Source of the DNA: Octopus bimaculoides
Taxonomy: Eukaryota
DNA length: 36,968 nucleotides
Direction of reading: 5' to 3'
Assembly: GCF_001194135.2 (NCBI RefSeq)
Contig: NC_068981.1
Coordinates: forward strand, 54,567,739-54,604,706
The position numbers and the translations under genes were made by a program. The notes below the pieces were generated by a model. It did no database searches. It worked only from the letters and a program-made list of their open reading frames with translations, and was not told the origin of the DNA. Of this stretch, positions 22,557-34,100 are shown in pieces. Each line of letters begins with the position of its first letter. The first letter of the stretch is position 1.

Positions 22557-22653
22557 GTTCCCTGATGATCCATTGTGACTGGGCATCTAAATGCAATTGG
22601 AACACCTACTGCAGTGCTCCAAACAACCATATTGGTGAAACATGCATAGGAAC
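22557..22653 (+). ncRNA. Type I hammerhead ribozyme candidate (CpG-decayed) with long branched stem II
   Basis: GTTCC-CTGATGA-TCCA..(~60 nt)..TGGT-GAAA-CATGCA-T-A-GGAAC. Stem I GTTCC/GGAAC, intact CUGAUGA and GAAA, UA site at 22647-22648. Confidence 0.55.
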
Positions 22654-22689
22654 TGTAATATAAACTTGTATTTAATCTTATTTCTCCTC

Positions 22690-22742
<53 letters not shown>

Positions 22743-22743
22743 A

Positions 22744-23535
22744 CAGGGTGCGGTGAATAAACTGTCATCTAAATTACGTAAAAATAAAAATAACACTGAC
22801 ATCTCATTTTAACAGATATATTTAGCAAAATTACATTAAGATATCTTGAAATACTAAAGAGTAAATCTATTCAATAAAATCGCCATTGGCTTCAACCACG
22901 GCCTCCAAATGACTTTGTAATCTCCTGCAACTCTTCTGGATGGTCTCCTTGTTTAAAATGGTGAATTCTGCTATAATCCTTGCTTTTAGTTTATCTTTGG
23001 TGTTACAAGGAGTTTTGTTGGTCTCTGGCTCAACTGCACCTCACACATGATAATCAAGTGGGGTTGCAAGTCTGGGAAGTTAGGTGGCCAGATGTTAGGG
23101 GTGATGTGGTTGCAGAAATTGTCTGAAAGCCATAACTGGGTTCTCCTGTTTGTGTGATATGGTGCAGAGTCCTGTTGCTGTTGCCAGACATAGGGTCTTC
23201 CAACAGTCACCCTCTTGACCCAGGGCAGCATTATCTCCTCCAGGCACTTGATATAGGCCTGTGTTTTGAGTCTGAGGCTGTGTGGGTAGATGAATGGAGG
23301 CATAACACCACCATCACCAGTGACCACTTTAAACACCATGATGTTGACTGGATGCTTGATTTTTATCACTCTTGGTACATGTTCTCAGATTGACACCCAA
23401 ACACTCTGAAATATTTGTATTGGAGCTTCCAGCATGAATGCCAAGCAGTACAGCATCTTGTTTCCAAATTTTTGGCAGAGTGAATTGTATCATGGTGCTG
23501 TTTTTCTCACAGATGGTGCCCAACTGACCCTACTA
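22744..23535 (-). mobile_element. Internally deleted maT/DD37D-like Tc1-mariner element
   Basis: TA|CAGGGTGCGGTGAATAAA terminus. ORF 22986-23369 (KHPVNIMVF..MPPFI..RPYVWQQQQDSAPYH..WPPNFPD) and N-terminal QFTLPKIWKQDAVLLGIHAGSSNTNISECLGVNLRT are fused near 23380. Confidence 0.88.
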
Positions 23536-23622
23536 TACTGTGTAGTTGACAAAATAAAAAAAAAAACAAACGCTGGGCATGCACAAAATAAAAAAATATA
23601 AAATAGTGACAATTTATGCATA

Positions 23623-23671
23623 TCATCATCATCATCACCATCATCGTTTAACGTCCGTTTTCCATGCTAGC
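23623..23671 (-). mobile_element. Very short retroposon tail truncated within the CATGCTAGC palindrome
   Basis: (CAT)n-CGTTTAACGTCCGTTTTCCATGCTAGC, then unrelated sequence. Confidence 0.8.
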
Positions 23672-24610
23672 GTACATATATATGTGTGTGCATGTGTGTG
23701 TGTATATACACACACACATACAGTAAAAGTGGCTTGTTATAATAACAATGTTATCAAATGGCTAGAGTTATCAGCACTTGTGGTTATCAAACAGGTGCAG
23801 GATGTTGTTGTCTTGTTTAATACTATCAGTCATTGTTATCTAAAAGACTTCATCCCAATGATCAGAATAAGCAGTTCCCACTGCACACATACACACATCT
23901 ATATACATACATACATACATGTAAAAGAAGTGATCAAGAGAAAGAGAGTGTCAAAATGGTTGTCGGGTTAGGTGCTTGATTACTGGCTGTGTAGTCATGA
24001 CTTGAAATCTTACCTCAGTTATTAGTATATTTCGCCTCCCAGTAAATCACTCTTAATGCTTTGGTTTATCTGATTGAGCAATAGACTCCATTCTGCTTCT
24101 CAGTTGAGTAGTTAGTTGTAGGAAGGATACTTAGCTGTAAACAATTGTTCTAACAGATAACTATTTCACACATGCTAAACTACAGGTATATGCAGATGCA
24201 CGCTGATATATACATACACATGTACATGTACATACAAAGAGAAATATTTAAAAATAATTTTGGGATAGAACATATTTTAGAAAGGAGACACCCTAAATGA
24301 AGTAAGAAATTATAAATAACTCTAGCTGTAGTTATGAATAAAAAGGCTAATGTTTAATTGTATTTTATTTATATTTTGAATGAAATGTCTTTTCTCTTGT
24401 GTAGATTTTTTTTACTTTGGCCAAAAGATATGCAGAGTTGAGTCCCATACTTACAGAAATATAAAGACAATGTCATTGATTAATATTTCTTTCTTCGGTA
24501 TTTTTCATGTGGATGACAAATTATCTATTTCCTAAATAATTCTATTTTCCCATGCTAGCTAACATACAATCCTGTACATCGACTTAGTAAAATTTTTATT
24601 ACTACTCCAG

Positions 24611-24666
24611 AAAATATGGTGATGAGATTATACAAAGGCAGAAACATGTCTGGAGTTGTCTCCTAT
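24611..24666 (+). CDS. Possible internal coding exon (unverified)
   Basis: TTTTTATTACTACTCCAG acceptor, GTATGT donor, open frame KYGDEIIQRQKHVWSCLL. No partner exons or homology recognised. Confidence 0.2.
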
Positions 24667-26039
24667 GTATGTAGAAGAAAATGAAAATATTAGTCATTGA
24701 CTAATACTGTTTTTTTTTCCTCATTGCATAATTAATTCTCATTAACATTTTAAAAACTCCCTCTGTAAGATATACTAACACTAACTCACTATTCTTTAAT
24801 GTTAACCACTTGGGAAATAGATACCCTGCTAATAGTCTGTTAATTCAATATCAGGGTAAAGTAAAAAAATTTTTAAAATCTGGATATAATCTTTTATTCA
24901 CGTTAGTTAAATATAGCTATAAAAACATAAGATAATTATTAGGTAAATCTAGTGAATGTATAGAAAAATTGTTCAGCACATGTTACAAGATACTTTGAAG
25001 GAGTTGATGAGAGTGACTCTTTCTGGTCACCCATTGAGCAAATAATAACAGCTAAGTTTCCTTCATATTATGCAATCTATGGGAAAAGGGTGTAATGTAT
25101 ACTGCTGTAATGGTTTTAATCATAAGCCTGTCTGTTCTGAGTCAACTTGGGCTTAACAGCAATAACAAATATTTTGAATAAGCCACAAATTTATAGGAAA
25201 GTTGTAAAGTTCATTAAATCAACTCTGCCACATATCAACTCCAGAGGAATGAAAGGTAAAGTCGACTCTGAAGGACTTTTAATTAGAATAGAAAAATGAA
25301 TGCTAAAATACTGTTAGGGTTTAGCTCAATACTCAGCTAATCCAATCTTACCTTTAAACTTTTGACAGAAGAGTATACAAAATTGAAAAAGATGTTCAGA
25401 AATTAAAAAGATAAAAAATGGGCAAAGACTTAGAGAAGTCTGAGGTCAGGCAAGCTGGATGTAGATATTGTTTGGATAAAATAAGATATAGGAAGAATAA
25501 AATTAAAATGAAGTGGGGAAAGAGAAAACAAGTGAAAAGAAGATAGGTGAAAAGACTAAGTAGACCAATAAAAAAAAAGTAGCTGGGGTAAGAAGGTAAG
25601 TCTCATAAAATAGGAGGTAAGTACCTGAGGAGACAAGCCTGTGACCCAGTTTTAATTCATATTTCATTTCATTGATAATAGAAAAGCAAAAATATTGCAA
25701 GTTTTACAAAGCCATGGGAAATTGTATAGAACAATGGAAAATTATTTCAATGCTCTTTCTCTCTCTCTATATATTTATCTCTTCTCTCTCTGAAATACTG
25801 TAATACTGTGTTAAGAAATGAAAATGATTGTGATTGAAAATTTGACGTATGATATTAGTAAATTCCAAGCCAATACTATCTACAATTTAGTTTTGATTTC
25901 ATGTTGAAGCCACTTAAAGTTATATCTTAAAAGCTGTCATAAACTTAATTCATTTCCATAAAACACTGAACTCTAATCAAAGAGAAATTTAGTGAAAGTA
26001 ATGTTGTTGCATTTGACATATTTAACGTTTTTTACTCAG

Positions 26040-26400
26040 GCCTGGTATGCGAATCTCCTATCAAATCTGCCTGCTTATGGACTTCATCCATTTGATCAGT
26101 AGCTTCCTATCATTGCAGTGTATGTTGATGGAACTCTTTCTGTTCACACTTTATCAAAGCTGGTGTGCCCCAGGGTTTGATTTTGTCTCTGACTCTCTTC
26201 ATTGTATACATCAATGACAATCACTCCTAACAACACTCACTCCCACACAGATGATAATACCTTTCTTTAGACTTCTCAACTATGCATCAACCATATGTAA
26301 CCTAAACATAATATGTCAAACCTGCATTGATTTTATGGACAGAGACCTTAAAAGTATCCTCCAGTGGGGATATGACAATCTTGTCTCTCTTACTGCGGAT
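26040..26400 (+). mobile_element. CR1-like LINE RT fragment, same family as 35125-36880
   Basis: AGVPQGLILSLTLFIVYIND and HSHTDDNT (YADD-equivalent). Shares ATCAGTAGCTTCCTATC and CAATCTTGTCTCT with the minus-strand LINE at the window end. Confidence 0.82.
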
Positions 26401-26701
26401 GCAACTGTAAAGTCTCTCTCTGCCTTTTCTATAATCATAGGATAGCCTCTGCTCCCTGGACCTTGCTGACCCTTTCCACCTTAGCTCAGATACTCCAGAC
26501 CCACTTCTGTCTATGTTGTGTTCAGGCTCTAAGGCCTTGCACTACCCATTAATGCCCTCTAAAACTCCTACAGCTGTCAAATTGCAAAATTCAAGCTGGA
26601 TATTAATGATATCAATCAGAGTCTCTGTAAAGTTCATGGGCACTGACCCGTCTTCTGGACCCAGAAAGTAAGCAGAGAAAAAAAGACATTAAGGAATATT
26701 T

Positions 26702-26790
26702 GCCATATTAGCTATGAACTAATCCCACCATATTAGCTATGAACTCATCCCATCATTTTAGCTGTGAACTGATCCCCTCTTATTAGTTAA
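26702..26790. repeat. 25-bp tandem repeat x~3.5 (CCATATTAGCTATGAACT.ATCCCA)
   Basis: Read directly; units decay rightwards. Confidence 0.8.
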
Positions 26791-28174
26791 GAACAGAAAT
26801 TAACCAAACCATTGTGTATAGTTCCTAAGAAGACCAATACTTGATAGAAACCTTGCACTGTTTTAGCTGCAAAAACCTTTCAATATTGTATATATCACTA
26901 CAAACCATTTGGATGAACATGTGCTTAAGTGTTTTATATTTTTTTTATAAAAGCCCCTGGTTGACTTGGTATGTATGAACAAAGTGAAGGCAGAAACAGG
27001 CCACTCCTGTTAGTATGTGGATCCACATACTTCTGTTTCACTGATTGAAATAATAACAGATTCCTAAAGGTGCACTGATCTGATTAACCGGAACCAATGT
27101 TCATCACCATCTAGTCAGTCTCTGACTCTGCATGCAGCAATGTATACTTGAAAGAATATTTTAAAATTAAAACAAGTTTTTTTTTATAAAATTGATCTGT
27201 TGACCAGACTAAATATTACCACAGGCTGGATCTGACCCACAGGTTATATGTTTGACACCCATGCTCTAGAAAGAACTTTTGACTATTAATTACTTGGACA
27301 ATCTCAGTTGACTGAAGTTTTCAATCCAGTATATCACATACGAAAAGTTCTGTATTTATTTTTAATTCACAGAACATGCTACTGAAGTAGTTTCCTTTAG
27401 TCTTTATGCTATTTGTTCCACAAAAATCTTACAAGACGTTTTTGAACCATATTATTAACGTCTTTCTTCAATAATTTGTAGTTTTTGTATTGAATATATT
27501 TTGGATTTATCTTTTATTTTTTCAATTAAAAAAAAAAAGGAAAAAATTTCGTTTGAAAAATATTTTTTCATCTATTTGTTATCAGCATGTTTTCAACAAA
27601 TATAATTTAATTTAAAATATTTTAGATTGGTTTGGACCATTATATGTCTAACTTAATTAGCACCATCTGGAGTTGTCTTTTAAGTAATGATTTAGGAGAT
27701 CGCAACCCACTCGAACAGGGAGTGGTCTGGTGTGATATATCTGGGTGTTGGTAATTTGTCCGACTTTTCTTGGAGGAATTTGTCTGAGTACCATTGGAAT
27801 GTTATAGCAAAAACGAAGGTTAAAAAAAATAGTAGGTATGCCTCATGCGAAACTCCACTAATGTCATTAATAGGCCTATTGATAAAATAACAACTAATGA
27901 AAAAGTTGGATGGATTTAATCAACTATTCTCCTTCCCAATACGTTTAGGAACTTGTAACAATGTGAGAAAACCCCTGTTGGTACTGTTACTTCGCTAGAA
28001 TTTAAACCTTAACATTTCTTTATATGTCGTATCTGTTTATTACATTTGTAAATAAGCCACAGTCAATATGCTTTCTCCAGGGTAAACTGGAAGAATGAAG
28101 AACACAGTTTTTTTTGCGAAAGAATAGTCATTGCGACTATAAATTGTTACCGGTAATAGCAATTTAAATAAAAC

Positions 28175-28430
28175 ATGGAAGGGAAACAACTCATTTGTTG
28201 TACAGTAAGTTATTTACCTTTTATAAAACAATTCGAATTGGTTCACGCGCAAAAGTTAATGACATTCATACCTCCACAGACACCTTCGATAACAGACATG
28301 CATAATCTCGTGTGCTTCTGAGCAATTATATCTATGTATGAGATATCTTTACTTTCAGAAGAAACTTGGACGAGCTGATCCAAACCAGTCTGTGAGACTA
28401 ACGGATTATAGAAATATAATCCAACCATAA
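28175..28430 (+). CDS. Possible first two coding exons of an unidentified gene (28175-28204 and 28359-28391 or -28430)
   Basis: ATG..ACA|GTAAGT donor, 154-nt intron, ATCTTTACTTTCAG acceptor; spliced frame MEGKQLICCT-KKLGRADPNQS (GTGAGA donor) or -SVRLTDYRNIIQP*. No homology recognised. Confidence 0.2.
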
Positions 28431-29879
28431 AAATACTGCTAATTGTATTACTTAAAAACTTTCAAATATTTCTTATGTGTTTCAAACGAGGGAGTCTGTA
28501 TGTGGTTATTCGACCAGCTTGAAATGGTATCTAGTTCTTTCTTAAAGCAGACCCTACTGTAAAAAAAAAAAAAAAAAAGAATACATAATACATTGAATAA
28601 ATGTAGTCCTGGTTACACAATACTTGAAAAAGACAGGACGGGTATGGCTTGACTACCTTTGATTATTCAAAGTCGATCTGGGACCAAACAATAACAATAG
28701 CACAGCGTGAACGTGTAGTAATAGTGTTACGCATGGTAATATTGTGGCTCTGGATGTCAGTACTTTAAAGCTATGAGTCTTGCGTCTTTTCATTTAAGTA
28801 TCCACAACATAATGGGTAAGTTCAATGGATATTTATAAACAAGTCAATTCTGAGAATCCCATGTGAAAATAATTAACCCCAAGCTGAATTAACCATCGCA
28901 TTTTCAAAGATCCTGCGTTAAAGTTAAATACTTGCAAAGTCATGAATACCAATTCGGTGAATCTATGCTCTGTCGTTGTGGTATACAGCCTTCAACATTT
29001 ATGAACGATTGGGGAGGTAAAGTTGATCCAATACTCGAAATACTTCTGAGACTCAGTACATCATTAAATTAAAATAAAATACAACAATCAAATTGTATTA
29101 CACAGTTAAATGAACCGACTTATTTTAATTTTTGTTAGGACCTAATTGATATGATCGACATTCCTTTTCTTTATTTTCGAGGCATGAAACTTGTCATCTG
29201 GAATAATTATTATTCATGGGCCATAGTTCAGAGTCAGATCATCACTAAAATTTGATAGATATTGTATCGTTTATCTTCTTCATCAAATCAAATCGGCTTT
29301 CTAAACATGTAAGAAACATTCTGTTGTGTATAGTTTATCTTTCAAATTTGTTGTTCGTCTGCCTCGAGCTTTCTTGTTCATTAAACCGATTTTGAAAGAA
29401 TTTCGGCTGAGACTACTTGTGGCGTTTCTCAGGTAAATGCTGTTAAATGTCGACACACAAAGAGAATCATTTATTAATAAGGGCGAGTTATAGGCTTTTG
29501 GTATATCAGGGTGTACTAGATGTTCTCTATGAATGATCATTCCGCCTCGTATTGCCTCTTTAGACATTTTATTCATCACCAGATCTTTGAAAAGCAGAAT
29601 CCATTGTGAAAGAGGGAATGCTAAAATTAATTTACCGCATGTAAGCCGTCGTCTTCTTTCGTTTACTTTCTAAATGCCTCAAGCATGTCAACTAGCAAGT
29701 AAATATCAAGCATTGATTAAAAAAAAAAAAGAAAAGAAAAAGAAAGCAATCTTTGTATTTATTTCGATCAACCTTCACGCCGTTTTAGCTGCTCTGTATA
29801 CCTTAGTCCTTCAGATAACCAACAGCGACCAGCTTGTGCGCACCGTTCGTCTGATCTAGCTGACCTTTATCGATCTTTT

Positions 29880-31500
29880 TTGACGAGCAGTTTAAATCCA
29901 AGTGTTAATACTCGTACAAAACTTTCTGAACTAAGAAATATCGCAAGTATTGCATGGTTTAAGAGGTACTACTGGAAAGAAAAAAAACGTTTAGATACAC
30001 TTCATTTTTATTTGAATAGAAACCTAGCTTATTGTAAAGAGTTATAATCGTTTTTATGAATCCACCAGCTTATTTGAAGGATCAATATATAGATTCAACA
30101 CCAGATATATTTAATGTGAACCAGCTAACATTGCGCATTAAGTTTTGTTGTCTGAACGAGTCGAAAGCTTTGTGAAGTTTTTGGATATGGAAGGTCAGTG
30201 CTGAACAATTCAAAGTTTACTAGATTTTTGAATGGAAAATTGTTCATTTATGAAATATTTCTGCGATCAAATTTATGACAGTGCCACCGATATGAAGTAT
30301 ATGCAAGCATAGATTAAAGAACTGAATGAATTTATGGAATACATTTTATATTTTGTACATTCAGTAAATTTGGTTGGAAAATATACCGCTGAATATTGTC
30401 AAGAAGTATTATTTGCACATATTTTTTTCTGATTTTATCTATCAGTGAGATCTCCTTTCTGGTACACTATCCGATAGCGATGCGCATTTGCTGGTTGTGA
30501 AACGTATGTCAGACATCAGATAATTAGCTTGTGTAAGTGCAACAAAAGTACTTTTATACAGTTTTCTGCAATAAAACAACTCTTGAACAACGTTTCAAAT
30601 ACCAATGTTCAGAAAATATGATGTAGACGACAAACTCATTTTTAATGAAGCTGGAAACGAGAGTAATAGTTATTTTGTGGGATAAAGAATTACAGCGTTG
30701 TTAAGTGGCCAATGTTTCTTGGTAACTTTTTTTTTTATCAAGACTTGAAAATAACTTTTTAGCTTATGCATCTTTCTTAATCTTTGCATGGACATATTAA
30801 ATCAAAGGATTTATTTTCTGAGACACAGAAAAAAAAAGAAAAAAAAAAGACAACTAGGATTTAACTTATCAATTGCATACGCCAAGAAAACAAACAAAAT
30901 CGCAGCAATGATGATTTCAGCAGTTCCATCATCCCTAAATCATTTGTTGAAACTCAAAGGCTTTATTAGAAAGTTAAAAGCCAAATATTTCTTATTATTT
31001 TTGGTAGCTTTAACTTTCTGCACTGTCAGAAACATCAGAAAGTTTATCAAAGAGTGAATGGAAGAGTTGAACTCCTTCATCGGTAATTGCCATAAAGATC
31101 ATAATATCTTGTTAAAATATATCCAGAACATCCGATAGAAAGACTTCATGAAGAATTTTTGCAGTTTACAAAATTTAAAAAAATTGATCTTGCTTCTCAT
31201 CGCCATCAAACAAGACTTGGTCGAGTTACAGTTTTACTGTTTAGTAACAGGCAATTCTTCGGAGGTTTGTTTTACAAATATAGAAATGCCTCATGGTTAC
31301 CACCTGTAGTCTTCACTGCAGGTGGCAACCATTTTAAAAACTACCAAAAATCAAAAGTGAATTAAGAAGCACCATGGGCCAAAACAGAATGAATAATCTC
31401 ACTGTTATGATCATTGAACATAAACATATGCGTGAAATAAATATTTCCAGTATCACCAACATATTTGCTAATACTAAATTTGGAATCTATGACGTAAAAA
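29880..31500 (+). mobile_element. Heavily degraded hAT transposase relic (ZMYM1-like family)
   Basis: DSTPDIFNVNQLT (30092-), ..QIYDSATDM.., HSVNLVG (30358-) and dimerisation-domain remnant KIKSELRSTMGQNRMNNLTVMIIEH..EINISSITNIFA (31350-31475); many stops and frameshifts; TIRs not located. Confidence 0.8.
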
Positions 31501-32104
31501 AAAAAAAGGCGGGGAGAAAAATAATAGAATCATTCATTGTTTTAGAAATAGGAACAAATAATTTTAAATGTACTCACTTAATTTTCTTTTTCTGCCAAAG
31601 TAAATAAGTTCAAGTTAAATATTTTCCGTCTTTCAATCAGATTACGTGTGTGTACGTTTAAGGAAATGAAAGAGTTACATACACGTGGTCTTCTGCTGTT
31701 TTTGGTCTAATATCCTTGAATATATCACAATCAACATCGTACAAATGAAAACCACTCCCTGACTCATTTCTATTTCACTAGATAAGCAGTTTAAATACCG
31801 GTGACGTTGGTCGGGACAGGGTATAATATACACAAGGCTGATACTAAAAAGACAAAGCAAAAGATTAAAAATTTCCATAATATACTCGAATTCTTTGAAT
31901 TTTAATAACTTCTAAACAATCCCTTTTAAGCAATTCTTAGTCCGGTTGGAGTGAGACGTTTAAGACTTGCAGAATGAGGAGGAGCTGTCGTAACGATATG
32001 TTGTATAACTGTACGTATTGGCCCTTGGGCTCAAGAATTCTACGCATTCTTTCCAAAGGTTTACTGATGAAGATAGTCGCGGTTTGAACTTTGTATTTGA
32101 CTTA

Positions 32105-33597
32105 CTACAGTATATGGTGATCGAACAATAAACGTAAGCCAGTGTCAACAGTGGTTCCAGAAATTCCGAACCGGAAACTACAGCCTAGAAGACGAGCTCC
32201 GTCCTGGAAGATCTGTAGAGCTCAACAAGGACGTCCTGCAAACCCTGGTGGAACAAAATCCCATCGTAACTGGCAGAGAAGCTTGGATTTGGTCATTCAA
32301 CCATTCATCGACACCTGCATGCCATCGGAAAAGTCAGCAAATTGGGTCAATGGGTTCCTGACAAACTTTCCGAGTCTAATCGCGCGCAGAGAGTGAATGT
32401 GTGCTCTTCTTTGCTGTCACGTCTCACGAATGAACCTGTAGTGAAACCATCTCTCCCACTGTTATATATAAACAAATGCGAGCGTAGCAGAGAACATCTC
32501 TTTCCCTGTCATCNNNNNNNNNNNNNNNNNNNNNNNNNNNNNNNNNNNNNNNNNNNNNNNNNNNNNNNNNNNNNNNNNNNNNNNNNNNNNNNNNNNNNNN
32601 NNNNNNNNNNNNNNNNNNNNNNNNNNNNNNNNNNNNNNNNNNNNNNNNNNNNNNNCGAAGAACATCTGTATTCAAGAATCCGGCCCGGCATAGAAGCCCC
32701 AACATCACGACGAGTGACCGCTCTGCCTTAACCTCTTACATACAGATTATCAATACTACTGTGTACCCTAACTAAGAACTGGTATATTTTCCTTATCCGT
32801 GTTACTGACTCTTATCTAACTCTGTATCACTTACATTCACATACATGTATTACTTGCACACACTCCTTTGTTTACATGACGGCCTGTCTTTTATTGTGTT
32901 TTAATATGTCGCATTCACTCACACACACACACAATTTAATGCTCCAATAAATCTTACTGTTATACATCTCATACGGTTGCGTTCCTATCTTGTATCTTAC
33001 TGGCAAACTTCTTAGTTCTCTATGTTATAGAATTATAANNNNNNNNNNCCTTAACCTCTTACATACAGATTATCAATACTACTGTGTACCCTAACTAAGA
33101 ACTGGTATATTTTCCTTATCCGTGTTACTGACTCTTATCTAACTCTGTATCACTTACATTCACATACATGTATTACTTGCACACACTCCTTTGTTTACAT
33201 GACGGCCTGTCTTTTATTGTGTTTTAATATGTCGCATTCACTCACACACACACACAATTTAATGCTCCAATAAATCTTACTGTTATACATCTCATACGGT
33301 TGCGTTCCTATCTTGTATCTTACTGGCAAACTTCTTAGTTCTCTATGTTATAGAATTATAACATAATATTATCCTTATATTTTGTGTCGACCGTGTGACG
33401 CGTTAATAAAGGAGCCTGTTTTCCATTCGTCACCTGCAGTCTTCAAAATCATTTGGACGGAGAAAATATGAATTCTGTAGACAAGGTCAGAACAGTATTG
33501 GAGGAGTATTTTTCTTCACGGACAAGTGAGTTTTGGAAAGGGGCCTTGCAAGTCTATTAGATAGATGGAAGCGCATTGTAGAAAATGAAGGGGAGTT
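32105..33597 (+). mobile_element. Mariner remnant in two pieces (32105-32436 and 33439-33597) with the catalytic core missing
   Basis: TVYGDRTINVSQCQQWFQKFRTGNYSLEDE..KLGQWVPDKLSESNRAQRVNVCSSLLSRLTNEP, then after the insertion LQNHLDGENMNSVDKVRTVLEEYFSSRTSEFW..LDRWKRIVENEG. Confidence 0.88.
32437..33438 (+). mobile_element. Probable solo LTR (TG...CA) inserted in the mariner; contains a gap and an assembly duplication
   Basis: Begins TGTAGTGAAACC, ends CGTCACCTGCA, with TATATATAAA near 32464 and AATAAA near 33405. No TSD (GAACC vs GTCTT). Confidence 0.45.
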
Positions 33598-33606
33598 GAC
33601 CCAACG

Positions 33607-33607
<1 letters not shown>

Positions 33608-33685
<78 letters not shown>
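33608..33685. repeat. (CA)n microsatellite
   Basis: Long perfect CA run. Other simple repeats at 337-368, 1461-1527, 1911-1985, 9438-9478, 15085-15149, 22689-22743, 34190-34300 and 36122-36255. Confidence 0.97.
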
Positions 33686-33879
33686 CATTATCTCACCTTC
33701 TGATTCAGAGTTACAGACAATCGTCACTATATTTTTTTATTCCTTTCTCTATCTACCAAGGAAGACTTAGTTAAGAATTTATCATATGGAGCATTCAGTG
33801 TACCTACTTGACTTTGTCATCTTAATGCATAGCATGTCATTAACTTCATTCTGTTATTTTCTTATATTATGCATATTGT

Positions 33880-34100
33880 AAGGCGGTGAGCTGGCAGAAT
33901 TGTTAGCATGCCGGGCGAAATGCTTAGCGGTATTTCGTCTGTCTTTACGTTCTGAATTCAAATTCCGCCGAGGTTGACTTTGCCTTTCATCCTTTCGGGG
34001 TCGATAAATTAAGTATCAGTTGCGTACTGGGTCGATCTAATCGACTGGTCCTTCCCTCACCCCCACCAAAATTTCGGGCCTTGTGCCTAGAGTAGAAAAA
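33880..34100 (+). mobile_element. Full-length tRNA-type SINE family A with 17-bp target-site duplication
   Basis: TATATTATGCATATTGT at 33863-33879 and 34101-34117 flank the element. A-box-like GAGCTGGCAGAATTG and B-box-like GAATTCAAATTCC; CpGs retained. Confidence 0.92.

Noticed and set aside
26820-26860. Possible fifth hammerhead relic (CCTAAGAAGACCAATACTTGATAGAAAC)
   Set aside because: Core and stem II are too degenerate to support from this copy alone; would need a family consensus.
29301-29579. 92-aa minus-strand ORF MMNKMSKEAIRGG..
   Set aside because: No recognisable domain or good donor; adjacent to the hAT relic and possibly part of it.
32058-32133. CTGATGA with GGTTTA/TAAAC pairing as a hammerhead
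   Set aside because: No GAAA or UH site in register, and the 3' part is mariner coding sequence.
32726-33361. Exact 313-bp tandem duplication (32726-33038 = 33049-33361)
   Set aside because: The copies are identical and separated by a 10-N gap, the signature of unmerged overlapping contig ends.
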